NCBI GenBank assembly: GCA_041288095.1
Contig: JBGGMJ010000193.1
Coordinates: 1-18,281, forward strand
Length of the DNA: 18,281 nt
Source of the DNA: Myxococcota bacterium
GTDB taxonomy: Bacteria > Myxococcota > XYA12-FULL-58-9 > JALHOP01
Reading direction: 5' to 3'
Shown: in pieces, positions 7,887 to 15,373 of the stretch
How positions within the stretch are numbered: position 1 is the first letter of the stretch
Layout of the letters: the number at the start of each line of letters is the position of its first letter
Notes under the pieces: model-generated
What the model was told of the DNA's origin: nothing
The model's input: the letters and a program-made list of their open reading frames with translations, nothing else
The model's database searches: none
Position numbers and translations under genes: made by a program

Positions 7887-8336
7887 ATGAAGCAGGTCGG
7901 ACAGGGACAAGTTGCAGTTCCGAAGAACTGGGAGATGCGGGTGCAGCTCACGTACATCGAGCCGGCCGATACGCTCAAAGTCCCGCTCGCGCTCCAGACC
8001 ACCCAGGCCAAGCCGCGCGCCAATATCGTCGTCTCGCGCGTGCCGGCGACCAACCCGAGCCCCGAATCGGCGATGAACGAGTTCTACCAGCAGACGGCCC
8101 AGGCGGTTCCGGGCTTGAAGCGGATGAACCAAGAGAACTTCAAGTTCGTCGACGGCGGCGAGGGCATTGCCCTGACCGTCAGCTTCCACGCGACGCCGCA
8201 GGTCCGCTTGGTGCAGAAGCACGTCTTCCGCATCGATGACGAGGTGCTCACGCAGCTCGTCGCCACCGTGGACGAGCCGCGCATCAGCGAGCTCGACTCG
8301 ACGCTTGGCGACATCATGAAGTCGTTTAAGCCGTAA
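7887..8336 (+). CDS. DcrB-related / DUF1795 (PsbP/Mog1-fold) protein
   Basis: 149 aa with the VPKNW...ANIVVSR...helix...LVQKHVFRI..L.QLVAT...IMKSF pattern typical of the PsbP/DcrB/EagR fold. AAGGA Shine-Dalgarno at 7874-7878 precedes ATG 7887. No signal peptide. Confidence 0.65.
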   Translation: MKQVGQGQVAVPKNWEMRVQLTYIEPADTLKVPLALQTTQAKPRANIVVSRVPATNPSPESAMNEFYQQTAQAVPGLKRMNQENFKFVDGGEGIALTVSFHATPQVRLVQKHVFRIDDEVLTQLVATVDEPRISELDSTLGDIMKSFKP

Positions 8337-8375
8337 CTTCGCCGCGTCCTGACGCGCCGATCTGTCATCCCCCCG

Positions 8376-8390
8376 TGGTAGCTTCGGACC
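8376..8390 (+). promoter_or_regulatory. Extended -10 element (TGgTAGCTT) 6 nt upstream of the addB ATG; probable leaderless promoter
   Basis: The sequence reads TGG TAGCTT CGGACC ATG, with no Shine-Dalgarno. Confidence 0.5.
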
Positions 8391-11348
8391 ATGGGGTTGC
8401 CTGCCCGCACCACGACATTGCGCGTCTTCCCGTCGCGGGCGGCTCTCGAGCACGCTCTCGTGGCGGCAGCGGGCAATGACGTTCTCGTCGCCGAGGGGTT
8501 CGTTACCTTCTCCGGCCTCGCCGATCTCCTGGCGGGTGGGGCGCGGCTCGCGGCCGGCAGCGTCGTCATTCGCATGCAGGTGCGCGAGGTCATGCGGACC
8601 GGCCCGGAGCACTTCCGCCGCTTTGCTCACGACCCGATTGCCGTGCGGGCGGTCCATGGCGCGCTGCTCGAGCTACGCACCTGCGGCCTCACCGGCTCGG
8701 TCCTCTCCAAGGCAAAGAAGAAGCTCTCGGCCGAGCTTGTTGAGCTCATCGAGGTCCTCGTCGCCTACGAGAAGCTGCTCGCCGACAAGAAGCTCGTCGA
8801 TGACGCCGATAAATGGCGTGAAGCGGTGCTCGCGGTCGCCAAGGGCGACTTGCCGCCCCAGCTCTCCGAAGTCCGCGAGGTCATCATCGAGGGCGATGCC
8901 GATCTGTTTGGCAGCCGCGGTGACCTCCTGCGTGCGTTCGCCGCGCGGGGCCACCACGTCACCGTGCGCATACCCTACGACAGCGACCTGGCCGCCGACT
9001 TCGGTTGGAGCGAAGCGTCACTCGCGGTCATCGAAAAGACCGCGCAAGAGAGCGCGCACCTCGAGGTCGTGCACGACACGCGACCGCTCATCGCGAAACC
9101 ACGGGTCGTTCATGTACCGGAGCCCGCCGAGCAGGCGCGTCGCGTCGCCGCTACCGTGGCCGCGTGGCTTGCCGAGGGGGTGCCCGCCGACGGCATCGCC
9201 GTCGCGACTCCGGATCCCGATGGCTTGGGCGAGCTCATCGTCGAGGCCATGCAGCGCTTCGGGGTTCCCGTGCATGCGCGACGAGGGCTTCCCGCCGGTC
9301 GCGTGCGGCGGGTCTCGGCCGTCATTGCCGCCGTGGGGCTCGGGGTTGGTGGCTATCGCCGCGAAGAGCTGATCGACGCTTGGCTCGCGCTCGGTGAGTC
9401 GGTCAATGGACACTCACCGAATCGCGTGGCGCGCGAGATCCGCTCGGCGGGGGCACGGTCGCCCGCGGTGCGGGGCTATCGCGAGGCCTTGACCGCTAAA
9501 GCGAACACGCGATTTGGCGGAGCGGGCGCCGGTGTCGAGCGGGCGGAGGCCTACGCGGCCGCCGTCGAAGGGTTCATGCAGCGCTGGGACGAGCCGGCCA
9601 AAGCGCAGTCGCTGCGGCGGCAGCTCGCAAGCCTGGTGGCCCTGGTCGAGGAAGTGCGCCGCCGCCCCCCGCATCGCGCCGACCTCGACGACGAAGACGG
9701 CATGACCGCTTTGGCGGATGTCCTCGGTGATCTCGCCGCCGGCGCTCGCCTGTTGGGCGAAGACGCGCCGCCGTTTGGCGCCGAGGAGCTGCACGCTTGG
9801 CTCAAGGCGCTCACGGGTGAGCGCCGCTTGCCGGCTCTCGGTAACCGCGCGGGCAGCGTCACCATCGGCACGCTCGACGACATCATCGGCGCGGCCTACC
9901 GGTGTGTCGTCATCGCCGGGGTCGACGGTGAGGCCTTCCCGCGACGTGTGCGGCCCGACGTGATTTTGACCGACGCCATGCGTGACGAGCTGAACCGCGC
10001 GTTCGGTGTGCGGCTCTTGCAAAGCGCGCCCATCGACGGCCGGCCGGCGCTCGAAAATGACGCCCGTGATCGCTGGCTGTGGCGTGAGGCTCTGGCGGCC
10101 GCGCGCGAGCAGGTCGTCGTGACCTACGGGGTTCGCGAAGGCGCCGAAAAAGACGGCCGCAGCGACATGGTCAACGACCTCTTGAACGCGCGGGGCATCG
10201 CGCCCGAAGCACCGGTTCCCACCTATGCCGAAGCCACGGTCATCGCACCGCCGCAATTACTCGAGCTCGTTGCCTTCGGCACTGTCGCTCCGGGGCCGGG
10301 CATTGCTCCAGCGCCAATCGCCGCGGCACGCGCGGCTCGCGAGCTTTGTGACTCCGAGAGTGTGAGCTGGGTCGCGCGTCGAGCAACTCACGAAGCAGCG
10401 GCGAGCACGGGTCAGCTGCCGGCGGCGCTTGCCGATGACGACCGCACCCGCCTCGCTGCTCTCGTGTCCGAGCGACCGGTCTCCGTCTCGAGCCTCGATG
10501 CGCTCGGACGCTGCGTCTACCGTCACTTCGCTAAGCACTTATTGAGGCTCTCGGATGACCAGCCGCCCGGGCTTGCTCCCGACGGCCGCGAAGACGGTCT
10601 CGCGGCGCATGAGGCGCTGCGTTACGTTTACGCCGACATTGTCGCCAGCGGCGGTCTCGCGGTCGCGCGCCGGGACGTCGAAGCAACCATGCAGCGCGCG
10701 GCGGAGGTCTTCGCCGCAAAGCGCGCCGAGATCCTGCGCGAAGTGCCCATTCACCCGGCGATGGTCGAGACCGCGCTGGCGCAAGCATGGCGCAGTGTCG
10801 TGGTGCAGCTCGGCAAGGACCTCGAGCCGCAGCGTGAGCACGAGCCGCTCGCGCTCGAGTATGCGTTCCGCGAGGAGAAGGCTCTCCGCCTCAAAGATCC
10901 AAACAGCGGACGCGAGCTCACCGTCGTCGGCAGCATCGACCGCGTCGACCGCGCCCCGCGGCTCCTGGTGACCCTCGACTACAAGAGCACGGCGCCAAAG
11001 TTCGAGCCTGGCCGGCACTTCCAGCTCGCGATGTACGGCGCGGTCGTCGCGCGTGATTTCGCGAAGGGTGGGGAGCGCCTCACGGCGGCCTGGCGGCAGC
11101 TTGGTGACGGTGAGAACAAGCGTGACGACGCGGTCTTCGGCGGCGCCGAGTCGTGCGACGTCGCGACCTTCCAGGCGACCCTCGACGCCACGCTCTGGCC
11201 GCGCGTCGATCGCTTGCTCGGAGGCCGCCTCGAGCCGGACCCGGCCCCCGCGAAGATCTGCGACGTCTGCGAGATGCGGCGTGTTTGCCGCGCGCGTGAG
11301 CTCGATGCCGAAGACCTCGACGGCGTGGATGGCGAGGAGAGCGTATGA
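8391..11348 (+). CDS. addB: AddB-like subunit: inactive helicase-fold region plus C-terminal PD-(D/E)XK (RecB-family) nuclease with Fe-S cysteines
   Basis: Degenerate helicase motifs (IAVATPD, VVIAGVDGEAFP, ALAAAREQVVVTY). Nuclease motifs SVSSLD...C, G..AHEAL, GSIDRVD, LDYKS and FQLAMY. Four cysteines (C708, and C957/C960/C966 as CxxC-x5-C). No Walker A. ATGA overlap with the downstream helicase. Confidence 0.85.
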   Translation: MGLPARTTTLRVFPSRAALEHALVAAAGNDVLVAEGFVTFSGLADLLAGGARLAAGSVVIRMQVREVMRTGPEHFRRFAHDPIAVRAVHGALLELRTCGLTGSVLSKAKKKLSAELVELIEVLVAYEKLLADKKLVDDADKWREAVLAVAKGDLPPQLSEVREVIIEGDADLFGSRGDLLRAFAARGHHVTVRIPYDSDLAADFGWSEASLAVIEKTAQESAHLEVVHDTRPLIAKPRVVHVPEPAEQARRVAATVAAWLAEGVPADGIAVATPDPDGLGELIVEAMQRFGVPVHARRGLPAGRVRRVSAVIAAVGLGVGGYRREELIDAWLALGESVNGHSPNRVAREIRSAGARSPAVRGYREALTAKANTRFGGAGAGVERAEAYAAAVEGFMQRWDEPAKAQSLRRQLASLVALVEEVRRRPPHRADLDDEDGMTALADVLGDLAAGARLLGEDAPPFGAEELHAWLKALTGERRLPALGNRAGSVTIGTLDDIIGAAYRCVVIAGVDGEAFPRRVRPDVILTDAMRDELNRAFGVRLLQSAPIDGRPALENDARDRWLWREALAAAREQVVVTYGVREGAEKDGRSDMVNDLLNARGIAPEAPVPTYAEATVIAPPQLLELVAFGTVAPGPGIAPAPIAAARAARELCDSESVSWVARRATHEAAASTGQLPAALADDDRTRLAALVSERPVSVSSLDALGRCVYRHFAKHLLRLSDDQPPGLAPDGREDGLAAHEALRYVYADIVASGGLAVARRDVEATMQRAAEVFAAKRAEILREVPIHPAMVETALAQAWRSVVVQLGKDLEPQREHEPLALEYAFREEKALRLKDPNSGRELTVVGSIDRVDRAPRLLVTLDYKSTAPKFEPGRHFQLAMYGAVVARDFAKGGERLTAAWRQLGDGENKRDDAVFGGAESCDVATFQATLDATLWPRVDRLLGGRLEPDPAPAKICDVCEMRRVCRARELDAEDLDGVDGEESV

Positions 11349-14300
11349 GCGTCACCCGCCATCACTTCCTCCGCGCCAGCGCCGGCACCGGCAAGACCTA
11401 TCAGCTCGTCGAGGCCTATGTCGGCCACATCATCGAGCGGAAGCTCTCGCCGACGCAGGTGGTCGCCATCACCTTCACCAAGAAGGCGGCCGCGGAGCTC
11501 CGCGCGCGCATCCGCCTGCGCCTCATCGAGAGGGGCGTAGACCGCAAAGTGCTCGACGAGCTCGGTCGCGCGCCCATCGCCAACTTCCACGGCCTGGCGC
11601 TACAGATGTTGCAGGGCTTCGGCATCCACGCTGGTTTTACCGACGTACCCACCATCATGGGCGAGCTCGGCGAAGACGAGCGCATGTTCCGCATCGCTTG
11701 CGAGGAGGCGTGGTTCGGGGCGCGCTCCGAGAGTCGCGACGCCTTGACCGCGGTTTCCAAGCACATCCGCTTCTCGGCGCGCGGGCCGCAGGGCGCGGGT
11801 CTCGTCGATGCCATGTGGGAAGCGGTCGCGAAGGCGCGCGAGGAAGACGATCCGCGCCCGCTCTGGGAGCGCTTTGCCACCCACGACGCGCGGGCCGCTC
11901 AACGCGAGGTCCACGACCGCTGGCTTCGCCTGCGCGAAACACTCAAAGCGAACCGCCTCACCTACGGCAAGAAGACGCAAACCCAGGTCGGCGACTTCCT
12001 GCTGCACAAGGTGCCCGCTCTGAGCGACGACATGTCCGCTTGGGCGGATGCTTGGCAAGCGGCGAACGAAGAGCTCAAGGGCGCGCGCCTCAACGACGAA
12101 GCGGGGGAGCGCAAGGAGCTCGCCGACCTCATCGAAGAGCCCCTCGCGGAGCACGCTTGCGGCGCGCTGGTGCCGCATCTTCGCGAGCTCATGCGTTCGG
12201 CGTGTGAGCGTTACACCGCGCTCAAGCGCGAGACGCGCTCGGCCGACTTCCCCGATCTCATCGAGCAGACGAGCCAGGCCCTGATGCACGACGCCGAGCT
12301 GCACGCCCGCGTGCGCGAACGCTACAAGGTCGTGCTCGTCGACGAGGCGCAAGACACCAACGCGAGCCAGCGACGCTTCGTGCGCCTCATCGCCGGGCTC
12401 GAGGGCGCTGTCCGCGATGGCGAGCCAGCGACGCTGTTCGTGGTCGGCGATCGCAAGCAGGCCATCTACACCTTCCGCGGCGCCGACCCGGAGGCCTTCA
12501 ATCGCTTCGCCGACGACCTCGCGAAGCTCGGCTGCCAGATGGACGAGCTCAAGGTGAGCCGCCGCTCGAGTGCCGGCATCGTGGCGGGCGTCAATCACCT
12601 CGGGGCCGGCATGCTGACGCCCTACGAGGCGCTCGAGGCGCTGCCGGGGAAGGCCGCCGCCGCGGGGCCCGCGCTCACCTGGCTCACGCCCAACGTCGAG
12701 CCCGAGGCTAACCGTCCAGCACGCGCGGAGGCCGAGGCGCGCGCCGCGGCCCGTCTCATCCGCGGCGCGATCGACGCGGGGGCAGAGCCCTCGAGCTTCG
12801 CTATTCTCCTGCGCGCGATGGGCAAGGCGCAGAAGTTCACGCGCTCCCTCGCGGCGCTCGGCATTCCCTCGGTGATCAGCGGCGGCAGCGGGTTTTATGA
12901 CCAAACAGAGATCGTCGATCTCATGGCGCTCCTCACCTGGTTGGTCGATGGCGAGGCCTATCTCGACGCCGCCGTGGCGATGCGCTCGCCGCTCATTGGT
13001 TTCTCCGACTCGGCGATGCTGTGCCTGTTCGGCAACCGTGACCGCGCGGCGCTCCATGCGCTGCGCCGCGGCGACGCCAGCGGCTTCGTGTCGACCTACG
13101 CGCCGGACATGGCAACCGCGCGACTCGTCGCGCCGCTGCTCAAGGACTTGGTCGACGAGGTCGCGACGCTCGGCGCGGGCAGGGCGCTCGGGCGCGTGCT
13201 CGATCGCCTCGACGTGCGCGCCGCGCTCTTGGCGCTGCCGTTCGGCGAGCAGAAGGTCGCGAACGTCGAGCGCTTCGCCGAGCTGGCGTGGACGCACGAG
13301 CGTGGCTCGGGACGCGGCACCTCGCACTTCGTCTTCGAGCAGCGGGACTTCGCGCAGCGACGGGTCATGGAGCCATTGCGCGCGGTCGGTGCGGCGCGCG
13401 ACCGAGCCGTGTCCATCATGACGGTCCACCAGGCGAAAGGCCTGGAGTTCGACCACGTCATCCTGGCCGACCTCTCGCACGAGCGGAACGACCGGGGGGG
13501 CAGTCTCTGGCATGCGCCCGGCATAGGTTTCGTCGTCGCGGTGGAGCGCAGGGGAGCAACCGGCGCCGCCAAGGGCAAGAGCCTGCGCAGCCGGGCGTAC
13601 CGCGCGGCCGCCGTGAAACAGAAGGCGGAGAACGCAGCCGAGCAGCGGCGCCTGTTGTACGTCGCGGTGACGCGCGCCAAGAAGCAGCTCACCTTCATCG
13701 CCACCGATGGGGCGCAGATAGGTGGCTTTGCGCGGGTACTGCTCAAAGCCGACGACGACGGGGGGCTTGCCCCCTGGCGTGACCGAGCCATCGACGACGG
13801 ACTCATGGTGAGTCGGGGCGAAGACGAGCTGCCGGCGATTCGTGCCCATGAAACCGCGGTGAAGGCGCCCGTGGCTACCGCACCGCTCCGGCCCGACCCG
13901 AAGGCGCTCAGCGGCCAGCTCAGTCTCTTCGGCTCGGCGACGTCAGCCGCGGCGAGGCCCTACGCCGACCATCGCATCAAGACCTTGCCCGCCGGAACGC
14001 GGTTCGCGCTCACGGTGACCGACCTCGAGGTCGCGCTCTCCGAAAATTCCGCCGGCACCTGGCAACGCCACGGCCAGCCGGCGACCGGCGAGCGGGAAGG
14101 GGATGCGACGCTCGATCCGCTCACGCGCGGCAGGATCAGCCACATGGTCCTCGCGAACCTTCACCGAGCGACTGCTCACGAGAGCAGGGATGCGTTCATC
14201 AACGCCGAGCTCCGCCTCTGTGGCTACGACCCAGGCGACCCCCGGCTGGAGGCCGTCCGCGACGACCTGTCGACCTTCTTGATCTCCCCGCTGGGCTTGC

Positions 14301-14677
14301 ACGTCGCGGCCTTGCCGGCGGCCCAACGCCGGCACGAGATGCCCTTCGTCCTTCCCTTCACCGTGGATGCCTACGCCGCGACCGTTAGCGGCCAGATCGA
14401 CCTGCTCTATTGGGACGGCAATGAGCCCGTCATCGTCGACTTCAAGCACGCCCACGCCAAGACCACGGCCGAAGATGCCTACGCTACCCAGCTCGATGCA
14501 TACGCCATGGCGGTCGCTCGTCTATGTCATATCGACGGGCCGATCCGTGCACGGCTCGTTTTCCTGCGCGACCGCGCGCAGATGCGAGAACGCGTGGTGA
14601 CCCACGCCATGCGGGAACGGCTGCACGGAGACGTGGCGCGTGTCGTCCGTGGTCTGGCCGAGACGTCGCAACGCTGA
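11345..14677 (+). CDS. addA: AddA-like UvrD/SF1A helicase with C-terminal RecB-family nuclease
   Basis: Walker A ASAGTGKT, ITFTKKAAAEL, NFHG, Walker B VDEAQDTN, VGDRKQAIYTFRGA, MTVHQAKGLEF and LLYVAVTRAK. Nuclease motifs G.ISH, GQIDLL, IVDFK and QLDAYA. Confidence 0.9.
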   Translation: MSVTRHHFLRASAGTGKTYQLVEAYVGHIIERKLSPTQVVAITFTKKAAAELRARIRLRLIERGVDRKVLDELGRAPIANFHGLALQMLQGFGIHAGFTDVPTIMGELGEDERMFRIACEEAWFGARSESRDALTAVSKHIRFSARGPQGAGLVDAMWEAVAKAREEDDPRPLWERFATHDARAAQREVHDRWLRLRETLKANRLTYGKKTQTQVGDFLLHKVPALSDDMSAWADAWQAANEELKGARLNDEAGERKELADLIEEPLAEHACGALVPHLRELMRSACERYTALKRETRSADFPDLIEQTSQALMHDAELHARVRERYKVVLVDEAQDTNASQRRFVRLIAGLEGAVRDGEPATLFVVGDRKQAIYTFRGADPEAFNRFADDLAKLGCQMDELKVSRRSSAGIVAGVNHLGAGMLTPYEALEALPGKAAAAGPALTWLTPNVEPEANRPARAEAEARAAARLIRGAIDAGAEPSSFAILLRAMGKAQKFTRSLAALGIPSVISGGSGFYDQTEIVDLMALLTWLVDGEAYLDAAVAMRSPLIGFSDSAMLCLFGNRDRAALHALRRGDASGFVSTYAPDMATARLVAPLLKDLVDEVATLGAGRALGRVLDRLDVRAALLALPFGEQKVANVERFAELAWTHERGSGRGTSHFVFEQRDFAQRRVMEPLRAVGAARDRAVSIMTVHQAKGLEFDHVILADLSHERNDRGGSLWHAPGIGFVVAVERRGATGAAKGKSLRSRAYRAAAVKQKAENAAEQRRLLYVAVTRAKKQLTFIATDGAQIGGFARVLLKADDDGGLAPWRDRAIDDGLMVSRGEDELPAIRAHETAVKAPVATAPLRPDPKALSGQLSLFGSATSAAARPYADHRIKTLPAGTRFALTVTDLEVALSENSAGTWQRHGQPATGEREGDATLDPLTRGRISHMVLANLHRATAHESRDAFINAELRLCGYDPGDPRLEAVRDDLSTFLISPLGLHVAALPAAQRRHEMPFVLPFTVDAYAATVSGQIDLLYWDGNEPVIVDFKHAHAKTTAEDAYATQLDAYAMAVARLCHIDGPIRARLVFLRDRAQMRERVVTHAMRERLHGDVARVVRGLAETSQR

Positions 14678-14713
14678 GCGTCATTCCTAAGTCAAGGCGC
14701 GTCGGAACATTTC

Positions 14714-14742
14714 TTGACTGGCAGGCCAGCGGCGGGGACGAT
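14714..14742 (+). promoter_or_regulatory. Putative sigma70-type promoter of the yfiR-mcp pair
   Basis: TTGACT (14714-14719), 17 bp, GACGAT (14737-14742), located in the gap after the addA stop. Confidence 0.4.
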
Positions 14743-14761
14743 GCGGACGGAACTCCACTCG

Positions 14762-15373
14762 ATGACCCTGATTCCACGCGCTTGGCTGCTCAAGGTCACG
14801 GCACTTTGCCTTGCCGCCACCGGCTTGATGGCGGGGTTGCGTGTTGCGCGCGCCGAGCAGGGTGTGCCGGCGTTGCGACAAGCGTCCATCCTCACGCGCG
14901 CTCTGGCGTACGACCGAAACATGAAGGAGCGTGCTGGTGATAGCGTATCGGTTGGCGTCCTTTACCGCGCCGGCAATGCCTCCTCCGAGAACTGCGCTAA
15001 CGAGACTCTTCAGGCCTTCAAGGGCCTCGAGAAGTTCGCGGTCCACGGCCTGCCTTTCAAGGCGATGCGTATCGCATATGATACCGGCGGCTCGATGAAG
15101 GACCTGATCCGCAACGAAGGGATCGACGCCCTCTACGCGTGCAACGGTCTCGACAGCGAGGTCGACGGCATCGCGGCGTTCGCCCAAGAGCGCAAGATCA
15201 TCACGATGGGCGCGCGCGAGGAGTACGTAAACAAGGCGCTCGCCATCGGCGTATTCGTCATCGACGGTAAGCCGACCATCCTGATCAACTGGGGTGAGAG
15301 TCAGAAAGAGGGGGCTTCATTCAGCAGCGACCTGGTCCGTCTGGCGAAGGTCATTAACGACGCGGGCCGATGA
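14762..15373 (+). CDS. YfiR/HmsC-family (DUF4154) periplasmic protein
   Basis: Signal peptide ending ARA-E. N-terminal ASILTRALAYD helix, VGVLY strand and the C-terminal signature ILINWGESQKEGASFSSDLVRLAKVI (IN......G..F...L..LA). The start is uncertain (14762 preferred; 14741 is possible). Confidence 0.75.
   Translation: MTLIPRAWLLKVTALCLAATGLMAGLRVARAEQGVPALRQASILTRALAYDRNMKERAGDSVSVGVLYRAGNASSENCANETLQAFKGLEKFAVHGLPFKAMRIAYDTGGSMKDLIRNEGIDALYACNGLDSEVDGIAAFAQERKIITMGAREEYVNKALAIGVFVIDGKPTILINWGESQKEGASFSSDLVRLAKVINDAGR

Noticed and set aside
3865..8053. Long minus-strand ORFs 3865-6099 (744 aa) and 6020-8053 (677 aa)
   Set aside because: They are antisense shadows of well-supported plus-strand genes. 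They are Arg/Gly/His-rich with no motifs, as expected from high-GC codon bias.
13494..13500. G7 run in addA
   Set aside because: It is short, explained by Arg-Gly-Gly codons in a GC-rich genome, and lies in a housekeeping gene.
11600..13849. 749-aa minus-strand ORF and other alternative-frame ORFs within addAB and the MCP
   Set aside because: They lie fully inside motif-rich genes, show no recognisable domains and have shadow-ORF composition.
8391..14677. Helicase plus nuclease pair as a novel anti-phage defence system
   Set aside because: Gene order, sizes, ATGA coupling, dual RecB-type nucleases and Fe-S cysteines fit housekeeping AddAB. There is no defence-island context or obvious compositional shift.
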